Made by a program: the position numbers and the translations under genes. DNA of 60,733 nt, the filler included. It is 5 parts of 5 records of this genome, joined end to end, with 100 filler letters (N's around TTAATTAATTAA, not from the genome) between each part and the next. Parts side by side here need not be neighbours in the genome. Positions count along the whole stretch, not along the records: positions 28,515 to 53,302 come from SRR2962707_2092; positions 53,403 to 60,733 come from SRR2962707_2093; 3 more parts are not named here. One strand, given 5' to 3'. Each line of letters starts with the position of its first letter. Position 1 is the first letter of the stretch. Shown here one piece after another: positions 49,414 through 58,100 of the stretch. The notes under the pieces were generated by a model. The model had not been told where the DNA came from. It made no database searches and was given only the letters and a program-made list of their open reading frames with translations.

Positions 49414-50088
49414 ATGGCTAGATTTTCAAGAATAGAAGTGGTAGTGAAAATGAAAGAAACCGGGATGGTTCCGGTCTTCTACCACAAAGATTTAGAGCTC
49501 TGCAAAGAGGTACTAAAAGCATGTTATGAAGGAGGGGTGAGGGTTTTCGAATTCACCAACCGTGGGGATTTCGCTCACGAGGTGTTTGGCGATCTGGTTA
49601 AATACGCCGAAAAAACATGCCCGGAAATGATGCTCGGCGTGGGATCAGTAATAGACGGCCCAACTGCCGCATTATACCTCCAACTGGGCGCCAACTTCAT
49701 TGTGTCACCCATTTTGGATGAAGAGACTGCAAGGATTTGCAACAAAAGAAAAGTAGCCTGGAGCCCAGGGTGTGGCTCGGTGACTGAGATTGTGAAAGCA
49801 CATGAATTGGGATCAGAGGTAGTCAAAATATTCCCTGGATCGCAAGTTGGTGGACCTGCATTCGTAAAAGCCGTAAAAGGACCATTCCCATATGCCAGTA
49901 TCATGCCGACAGGCGGTGTGTCTCCGGACGAAGAAAATCTCAAAGGTTGGATCGAGGCAGGCGTACATTGCGTAGGCATGGGATCGCAACTTTTCCCAAA
50001 AGAAGTTTTGGCAGGCAAAGACTTCAAAGCGATTACAGATAAGTGTGCCGAAGCTTTGGCCATCATTAAAAGACTAAGATCAGCGTAA
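49414..50088 (+). CDS. eda: KDPG/KHG aldolase
   Basis: FEFTNRG, GVGSV, FIVSP, VKIFPG and MPTGGV. Confidence 0.92.
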   Translation: MARFSRIEVVVKMKETGMVPVFYHKDLELCKEVLKACYEGGVRVFEFTNRGDFAHEVFGDLVKYAEKTCPEMMLGVGSVIDGPTAALYLQLGANFIVSPILDEETARICNKRKVAWSPGCGSVTEIVKAHELGSEVVKIFPGSQVGGPAFVKAVKGPFPYASIMPTGGVSPDEENLKGWIEAGVHCVGMGSQLFPKEVLAGKDFKAITDKCAEALAIIKRLRSA

Positions 50089-50089
50089 A

Positions 50090-51082
50090 ATGAGGTCATT
50101 CAATGTCTTAATCGGATTAACAATTGTTTTTTGCCTTGCAGGGTGCAGTCAGGGAGAAAGAGAGCGGGTAATAAGGTTAGGGCATGGATTGGATGTTAGC
50201 CACCCCGTACATCGGGCCATGGAATTCATGGCGGAGCGTGTAGCGGAGAAGTCAGGCAACACACTTAAAATCAGAATTTATCCTAGTGAACAACTAGGGA
50301 CCGAACGTCAATGTGTGGAACTGTTACAGATCGGCAGTCTTGGAATGACCAAAGTATCCTCAGGAGTGTTAGAAAATTTCGCACCAGGGATGAGCGTCTT
50401 TGGAGTTCCTTTCTTATTCGACAATATCGAGCATGGTCACAAGGTGCTAGATGGCGAGATCGGAAAAGAGCTGCTTGCTGAAAGCGAGCAATATTGGTTG
50501 AAAGGAATTGCCTTTTATGATGCCGGTTCACGAAGTTTTTACACCAAAGAAAAGCCCGTAAACACTCCGGATGATCTGTCCGGACTTAAGATAAGGGTGA
50601 TGGAAAGCGCCACTGCCATGAATATGGTACGATCTCTGGGAGGCTCGCCCACTCCGATATCCTGGGGTGAATTATACACGGCACTTCAGCAAGGTATTGT
50701 AGATGGAGCAGAAAATAACCCGCCAAGCTTTTACCTCTCACATCATTATGAAGTGTGTAAATACTACATCATCGATGAGCACACCATGTTGCCGGATGTG
50801 TTGATCATGTCAACAATCGTTTGGAAATCTTTATCAGAACAGGAACAAAATTGGCTAATGGAAGCTGTTGAGGAATCTGTTGACTATCAACGCAAGCTGT
50901 GGAAAGAGGCAGAAACCCACGCATTGGAAGAAGTTCAAAAAGCGGGTGTGGTGGTCATTTACCCCAATAAAGAGCCATTCAGGGATGAGGTGAAGGAATT
51001 GACTTCCAGATACATGGAAGATGAAAATATCAGAGGCTACATTCAGAAAATCAGAAACGTAAGCGATGAAGGAACGAATTGA
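50090..51082 (+). CDS. dctP: TRAP transporter substrate-binding protein (lipoprotein)
   Basis: LAGC lipobox, YDAGSRSFY, GLKIRV and ELYTALQQGIVDGAENN. Confidence 0.92.
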   Translation: MRSFNVLIGLTIVFCLAGCSQGERERVIRLGHGLDVSHPVHRAMEFMAERVAEKSGNTLKIRIYPSEQLGTERQCVELLQIGSLGMTKVSSGVLENFAPGMSVFGVPFLFDNIEHGHKVLDGEIGKELLAESEQYWLKGIAFYDAGSRSFYTKEKPVNTPDDLSGLKIRVMESATAMNMVRSLGGSPTPISWGELYTALQQGIVDGAENNPPSFYLSHHYEVCKYYIIDEHTMLPDVLIMSTIVWKSLSEQEQNWLMEAVEESVDYQRKLWKEAETHALEEVQKAGVVVIYPNKEPFRDEVKELTSRYMEDENIRGYIQKIRNVSDEGTN

Positions 51083-51533
51083 TAAAATACTACAGCCTGT
51101 CCTTATTACGCTGCTGGCAATAATGCTGCTGGCTGTGTTATGGCAGGTATTCTCACGCTACTTATTAAAAGAGCCGAGTTCTTTCACCGAAGAACTGGCC
51201 CGATACATGCTGATATGGATCGGGACGCTGGGCGCGGCTTATGCTGCCGGATCCAAGTTGCACCTGGCGATCACTTTGCTTCCAAGCAAACTGGATAGCA
51301 AGAATCTTAAAAAGCTACAGGTAGTCCTCAATTCATTGGTTATTGTATTTGCTCTCACAGTATTTTGTATTGGTGGCTCAAGGTTGGTTTACATTACCAA
51401 TATATTAGGACAGAAAAGCCCGGCACTGGGAGTCCCTTTGTTCTACGTTTATTCGATTATCCCGCTCAGTGGATTGTTGATCATCATGTACAAGCTGGAT
51501 GAGGTTATTCACATTTTAAGCAGTAAGAAATGA
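51066..51533 (+). CDS. dctQ: TRAP transporter small permease
   Basis: QVFSRY..PSSFTEELARY; four TM segments. Confidence 0.9.
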   Translation: MKERIDKILQPVLITLLAIMLLAVLWQVFSRYLLKEPSSFTEELARYMLIWIGTLGAAYAAGSKLHLAITLLPSKLDSKNLKKLQVVLNSLVIVFALTVFCIGGSRLVYITNILGQKSPALGVPLFYVYSIIPLSGLLIIMYKLDEVIHILSSKK

Positions 51534-52819
51534 CGACAGATATCCTTCTTTTGGTCTTCACCTTCATTCTGTTTCTAGCCATTGGTTTACCTGTTGGTTG
51601 GAGTATCGGATTGTCTAGTTTGATCACGATGCTCGCCTCCATTAATACGTTGGCTGCTTTTACAACGGTCGCCCAGCGAATGGCTACCGGATTAGACAGT
51701 TTTGCCCTTCTGGCGATTCCCTTCTTTATATTAGCTGGTCAGGTTATGAATCAGGGAGGGATTGCCAAACGGCTCATTGCCTTCGCCAAAGCGCTGGTTG
51801 GTGCATTACCAGGTGGACTGGCATATGTCAACATCATAGCAGCCATGCTCTTCGGGGCTATTTCAGGTTCTGCGGCAGCTGCCGCTTCTGCTATGGGTAG
51901 CATCATAGGTCCTAAAATGGAGGAGGAAGGGTATTCCAAAGAATTTGGAGCAGCGGTCAATATTACTTCATCCACTACAGGTTTGATCATTCCACCTTCC
52001 AATGTATTGATTGTGTTTTCATTGGCAAGTGGTGGGGTTTCAATTGCAGCACTCTTTCTGGCAGGGTACATCCCCGGCATCATCATGGGGCTGGCGCTCA
52101 TGATTGTAGCAGCTGTATGGGCCAAAAAGAAGAACTATCCAACAGGAGAGCGGTCTTCAATTAAAACCATGCTCATCACATTTGTAGACTCACTACCAAG
52201 CTTATTACTTCTTGTGGTTGTCATAGGCGGTATTGTAATGGGTGTATTTACAGCTACGGAAGCTTCAGGTATTGCAGTTCTTTACACACTGATTCTTGCA
52301 GCTATTTATAAAGAGCTTTCGATTTCCAAGCTGAGTTCTATATTCATCGAATCCTGCAAGACCACTGCGGTCATTATGCTTTTGATTGGTACATCCATGA
52401 GTATGTCCTGGGTGATGTCTTATGCAGATATTCCGCAAAGTGTAAGCGCCAGCCTGTTGGCGCTGAGTGATAATCCTATTGTCATACTTCTAATTATCAA
52501 CCTGATCCTGCTCTTTGTTGGGATATTCATGGATATGACTCCTGCGGTGCTAATTTTCACGCCCATTTTTCTGCCGGTCATTACCAAGATAGGAATGGAT
52601 CCGATACACTTCGGGATTGTAATGGTCCTCAACCTTTGTATCGGGCTATGTACGCCACCTGTTGGAACTGTACTCTTTATAGGTGTTGGAGTAGCTAAAA
52701 CCACTATCGAGAAAGTCCTGAAGCCACTTGTTCCGCTTTTCATTGTAATGATCGCCGTGTTGATGCTAATCACTTATGTACCGGAACTGAGTCTGTGGCT
52801 CCCAAGGTTATTTAAATGA
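51530..52819 (+). CDS. dctM: TRAP transporter large permease
   Basis: LAIPFFILAG, SGSAAA, IIPPS, FTATEA, DPIHFG and TPPVG. Confidence 0.93.
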   Translation: MTTDILLLVFTFILFLAIGLPVGWSIGLSSLITMLASINTLAAFTTVAQRMATGLDSFALLAIPFFILAGQVMNQGGIAKRLIAFAKALVGALPGGLAYVNIIAAMLFGAISGSAAAAASAMGSIIGPKMEEEGYSKEFGAAVNITSSTTGLIIPPSNVLIVFSLASGGVSIAALFLAGYIPGIIMGLALMIVAAVWAKKKNYPTGERSSIKTMLITFVDSLPSLLLLVVVIGGIVMGVFTATEASGIAVLYTLILAAIYKELSISKLSSIFIESCKTTAVIMLLIGTSMSMSWVMSYADIPQSVSASLLALSDNPIVILLIINLILLFVGIFMDMTPAVLIFTPIFLPVITKIGMDPIHFGIVMVLNLCIGLCTPPVGTVLFIGVGVAKTTIEKVLKPLVPLFIVMIAVLMLITYVPELSLWLPRLFK

Positions 52820-52841
52820 TAGGCCTTAAATTGGTTGTCCT

Positions 52842-53198
52842 ATGCAGATAGCAATAATCGCTCATGATGGTAAAAAAGCGGACATGGTTCAGTTTCTCCT
52901 GGACTTCAAATCGGTGCTCAAAGAAGTTTCATTAATCGCTACAGGCACAACAGGTGCACATGTGGAAAAGGCAGGTTTGAATGTCACCAAGCTGCTTTCC
53001 GGACCATTGGGAGGAGATGCGCAAATTGCAGCCATGGCAGCTGAGAAAAAGATTGATGCAGTGATTTTCTTCCGAGATCCTCTGGACAAACATCCCCATG
53101 AACCCGATGTGCAAATGCTGATGAGAATCTGCGATGTGCACAATATTCCGTTGGCAACCAATCCTGCGACAGCCAAATTACTGATGGGATGCTTGTAG
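52842..53198 (+). CDS. mgsA: Methylglyoxal synthase
   Basis: IAHDGKK, ATGTTG, SGPLGGDAQI, FFRDPL..PHEPD and ATNPATA. Confidence 0.95.
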   Translation: MQIAIIAHDGKKADMVQFLLDFKSVLKEVSLIATGTTGAHVEKAGLNVTKLLSGPLGGDAQIAAMAAEKKIDAVIFFRDPLDKHPHEPDVQMLMRICDVHNIPLATNPATAKLLMGCL

Positions 53199-53247
53199 GA
53201 TACAAGCGGTAGACTAAATTCAAAAAGATGTTGGGAGATTTTAATAG

Positions 53248-53302
53248 TAGCGAGGAGGGGAGTTGAACCCCTGACCTCCGGGTTATGAATCCGACGCTCT
53301 AA
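53248..53302 (-). tRNA. tRNA-Met (CAT), 5'-truncated by contig end
   Basis: Reverse complement TTAGAGCGTCGGATTCATAACCCGGAGGTCAGGGGTTCAACTCCCCTCCTCGCTA contains anticodon loop TTCATAA and T-arm GGTTCAA. Confidence 0.88.
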
Positions 53303-53402
53303 NNNNNNNNNNNNNNNNNNNNNNNNNNNNNNNNNNNNNNNNNNNNTTAATTAATTAANNNNNNNNNNNNNNNNNNNNNNNNNNNNNNNNNNNNNNNNNN
53401 NN
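53303..53402. other. Artificial contig spacer
   Basis: N44-TTAATTAATTAA-N44. Confidence 0.98.
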
Positions 53403-53429
53403 CTCTCTCTCTCTCTCTCTCTCTCTCTC
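53403..53429. repeat. (CT)n microsatellite
   Basis: Pure CT dinucleotide run at the contig start. Confidence 0.9.
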
Positions 53430-53764
53430 AGCGTACACGCGCACACAGGGAGCAAGCGTTGTTGCGTGAGATCACCCTCACTGCCCTGAACCAGCCGATC
53501 GCCCCAGTGTTTGGTGTTTCTTTTTCCTTGTTTTTCTTTGTTCGCTTCGATTCCCTGCACTGATTTTGCGGCATTTCTTTGTTGGGGTCGTTCGTTCTTG
53601 GTTGCGGCTCAACGCGTAGATCGTGAGATGGCGGCGCCGGCGATCGCAAGCGGGGCCTGACGTTTTTCGAATTGAAACTTCGAATCTTCCGTCTCCGTGA
53701 TCGATCGGTGCTTTGCTTGTTACAGCCCGGGCTTTGGTGCGTGCGCAGCGGTTGGTGCGAAAAA

Positions 53765-55080
53765 ATGCCGGATTCCTCAGAAAACCTCGTCCGCGGCAAC
53801 GCTTCCACTCGCTACGCTTACCGCGCGACAAGTTCCGCATCGTTATCCGAGTCGAGCGTTGGTGTGCGCCATCAACAACGATTGAAGCGTACCATCATCA
53901 TCACGGGCTTCACGGTCATGTTACTGATTGCTGCTGCGGTCATCCTCAGCATCTACTTCATCACACCTGCGCCTGAGCTGGTAGCCCCCACGGAGTATTG
54001 CACAGGTACGGGCAGTGGCTTGGACTTCGCGTTCATGCCCATATGATCCTCTTGCAGGTGGTCTTTCAATTTGAACGTGAAAAAAAAATCTCGCTTTTAC
54101 AGCTCCACGTTTATTTATTTCTGTATTGCAGGGCCCACCTGCCTGAACTTCAATCACTCGCTGTGGACGAGGACTCTGCAGAAATTCATGGTGGAAAACG
54201 TTGAGCAAAATGGTATTGTTTTCAACGCAGTGGACTACCCAGGTTTAATGGCTGACCCAGACGATCTGAAAGCATATATTTCGTCACTAGCGAAAGTCGA
54301 TGTGAATCTTTTGACGGAGGTAATGCCACCTGCACCTTCTTTCTGTGTTGTTCAGTCGTATCTGCATTGTTTCTTCTTCATCGCCACCCTTGCACCTGTC
54401 GCTTCTTTTTCCTCATGATATGTCTGCGCAACGCCTGGCATCCATTATTTTTCACATGCAAATATTGTTTTGTCCAGGACAACTACAAGGCATTACTGGT
54501 CAACGCGTACAATGCCTTTGCCATCGACATGGTAGTAGCTCATCCTTGCGCAGGTGGTGTGCCGTGCTCGAGTGTCAAGGATGTGACTGTTCCGTTTGGT
54601 GTCTCGAGCGTATGGACGTGGCGAATCTTTAACATTGGAGGTGCAGAATGTGCCCTTGATGATATTGAACAGAGTGTGGTAAGACCTGTTTTTAAAGATC
54701 CTCGCATGCACGCAGCCCTGAATTGTGCATCGATCAGCTGCCCAGATCTCATGCCAGCTGCGTTTGAGGCGAGCACGCTCTCGTCACAGCTGAATGATCA
54801 TGTGCAGCGCTGGCTTTCCAATCCGGCAAAAGGTCTCAACGTTACAACAGTTGGGGGATCAAGTCCCAGTGCAATCGAGCTTTCGTTGATATTTTCATGG
54901 TACTCTGAAGATTTCAAAAATTATTACAATGGTGGCCTAGCGGCTTTCCTAACAAACTTTGGCCCGCCCGAGGTTGCCGACTTCGTCAGTGTTTTCGGAA
55001 CTGATGTTGATGCATGGGGCAATTCGTTGAGCTTCTTCGAATATGACTGGAATCTTGCCACCATTCCACGTTCAATGTAA
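53765..55080 (+). CDS. Spliced eukaryotic DUF547-domain protein with N-terminal TM anchor (exons 53765-54005, 54132-54319, 54478-55080; 343 aa)
   Basis: GT..AG introns at 54006-54131 (phase 1) and 54320-54477 (phase 0) join the frames cleanly. Motifs KALLVNAYN, LDDIEQ, DPRMHAALNCASISCP, LSLIFSWYSEDF and YDWNL. Confidence 0.8.
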
Positions 55081-55162
55081 CGCATCTTTCTCTGCGAAAT
55101 AGCAAGGTCCTACCAGAAGCTTAGAGGTGAGCAATCCGCTCGCGTGTCTTAAATAAATTATT

Positions 55163-58100
55163 TTAGAATGACTGAAACATGAATCCGTCAAGGCTATCAA
55201 CAACGCGCTGTACGACTATGAACAACTCGGGGGACAGTGCATGGGTGGGCGGCAATTCTGACTGAGAGTCAGCCTGAACGTTCTGACTTTCCTGCACAAG
55301 CTCTTTCAAAGCATCGCTCAGCATGTGCAAAACTTCACGAGGTCTAATGCGTTGATAAGCATACCCGTGGTGCACAGAGCCTTCGCGTGCATGATGAGGT
55401 GGACCGTCGGGGTCCTTGCACAAATACACAATACACCCACGAGCGTCAGTCGCCGAGATCCACTTCCGAACCGAGTCTTGTTTATCTGTGGCAAGCGCCA
55501 AAACTATTGCCAAGACGGGAAATCCAAGATTAAACAGGCACTGCAATGCTTGCTCAAGTCCCAGACTTGCATTCGCCAACTCATCGTTCGTTTGCCGTGA
55601 TTTGTTCCGTTCCTCCTCCGTTGAGAACCGGATGACCAACTGGCAGGCAGCCTCGAATATTGCAACCAACGCGCCAGGTCTCACCGATCTATGAATTTCA
55701 ATTTTTGCTGCAGCCTGAGCACTTTCACTTGGGATATGCTTGCCAGGATCACTTGGTGGTGGCCTACCAGCTAAGCGTGCAGTACTTTCAAATAATTTTT
55801 CTGAGCCACTTAGTCCACCAGCCGCCGTGCTCAACTGTCGTAGCAACGTAGAAAGTGACGCATCGATGTTGGTGTGATAATGCGTGCACGTACTCGCCAA
55901 CGAAGTAGCCCGTTTCAATCGTTGCAGCGCCGTTCCAATGTTTATCAAATGTCGCAGGCACTCATTCACATGCGCGCTCGTCGAAACACACAGTGCACAA
56001 AGTGCTTCTGTGCTTGCAGCACTCGCAGACGGAGTCCCAGCAACCTCCCCAAACAAGTTCGAAGCAGCAAGGTGGCGTGCTGCGTACGGCAAACACACCA
56101 ACAAAGACGAAGACTGTGAAGCGCAACCAAATGATGCAGGCACACCCCTTGAATTGCCGGCAGCTCTGCTGCCTTTGGCTCGACCGAACGGAAAGCCCCT
56201 TTCAAGGCAAGTTCTGTAAAGCAACAGAAGATCGGCATAGTAGTTCTGCATGGAATAAGCAAAATTGTGCCCAAATGGAGGCACAGCCGGTCGTTTCTTG
56301 CGTCGTTGGTCGTTGAACGCTTTGTTTGAAGCGGTTTTGCCACTTGTACTGAGACGTGTGGGCTTGAGAACCCCCCCGTTCTCATCATCGGGGGTCTGAG
56401 ACAAGGTCAGAAACGTGGGATTGCACACACAGTGCAGCAGCAGGTTGGCACAGAGAACAGCTTGCTCAAAATGGCCTCGGCGGAGACACCAATGAAAAAT
56501 ATGCATTGGTGTCGGGTTTTCGAAGCAGGGTTTAAACAAAATTGGCCAATGAACAGCCGGGTCGATCTTCCGCGCGCAGGTCACAAGGGTGTGAATAAAC
56601 AAATAAGAAAGGTTGTCTGCATGCGGTTCGTGATTGGCAGAATCACAAGTTTTGTTCTCCATCGTCAAATGAGCGCTTCGAATGACACGAAGAGCTGCCC
56701 GAAGGAACTTATCGGAGTTGGTTGCGTCATCGGCTGTGGTGGGCGGGCTACCGTGATTGCCATCAGCAGTATGCGAAACATGATTACGTGTAGAACGCAA
56801 CCGGACATCTACAGCATGATAGAGCAGCATTTCCAGTGCGTAGCCTAGGGCAGGAGCGCCGGTTCGAAACGCCCGTTGAACCATTGCTTGTGCAACTTGC
56901 ACATGGCCGCCCGCAATAAGGGCTGCAAGCAACGCATGGAAGCAAGGTTGAAGTGTTGCGCGAAGTTTCCAACGTGGCAGAGGTCGTAGTCGAGCCGCAG
57001 GGTCAGGTGTTTGGCTTTCGTGGGGAAAACGAGCTTGGAATCCCCTTGGTCGTTCATCGGGCCTGTGCTGGCGCACAGCCCGCACTCCTACAAGAGCAAC
57101 GACCCCAGCAAGAAACCCAACAGAGTGCCAGTTTGAGCTCCATGCAATACTTGAAGCTTCTTGAATCGCAGCTTGACTTGGACTTGACTCTTGCAAGTGC
57201 ACAGATGGCACAGAGAGCAATTGCGGCCAATGAAAATGTACGCGTTGCTGTGCACGTTGAGAAACTCCTGGCACAGCAATGCCAGGTTTGTTTCCAGTGG
57301 ACTGGTGACCGTTGACACTGCTTTTGAGCAATGCAAGACATCCGCTTATTCGGCCAAGTGGACTTGATTGTGGTAACGTCCAAACCTCTTCGTTGAACCA
57401 AGATGCGACACCACATTTCAACAGCTTGACTTGAACCCAAGGTGCCAGTCCATCATCATCTCGATGCCGCCACCAGAGATATTGCTGGGCAGCTGCTCCA
57501 AAACTTCGGAAGAAAAGAAATTTTGCTCCTGGACTCACTCGACAGATTACAGGCGCTAGGAAAAGTTTCAAGGTTTCTGGGAGCAGGTTACACAACGGTG
57601 CAATTGGAATGTGCGTGGCATGATTCGCGTCAGCCGGAACACGTCCACGCTGGCACTCCACCATCAGAGCTTCAGGCCGACCCATTCGAACAAGTCTGAG
57701 ACTGGCAAACTCATCGTCATCACCACTGTTCAAGTTTGGAGCGAACAGTTTGACTTTGAACATTTCAAACCCCAGAGTCGAAAACGACACAACGACGGTT
57801 CCATCCTCCACACACAGCGAAACAGGCTCACCAGTGCTTGCAAGATCAATAGTCGCGCGATCAAGGTGCAAATTCGTGTTGGCACGCCTGTTTAAATGCC
57901 CCCGATCGCTCGGAAATGTCGCACCAGCAAAAACTACGTCATCGGGGTGCACTTGGTCATTGGACGACTCCTCGTCGATAGTAGCCACCAACCCATCACC
58001 TTGCTGCACTGCAAAAACCGACAGCCAAAAACTTGGTCGCCCTGCTTTGGACCTGCGGCAGTGGAGTACTGTGAGCACCAACGCACAGGTCTTTGCCGAA

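Noticed and set aside
53248-53302. tRNA as the integration site of a pectin genomic island
   Set aside because: No integrase and no duplicated tRNA 3' end seen.
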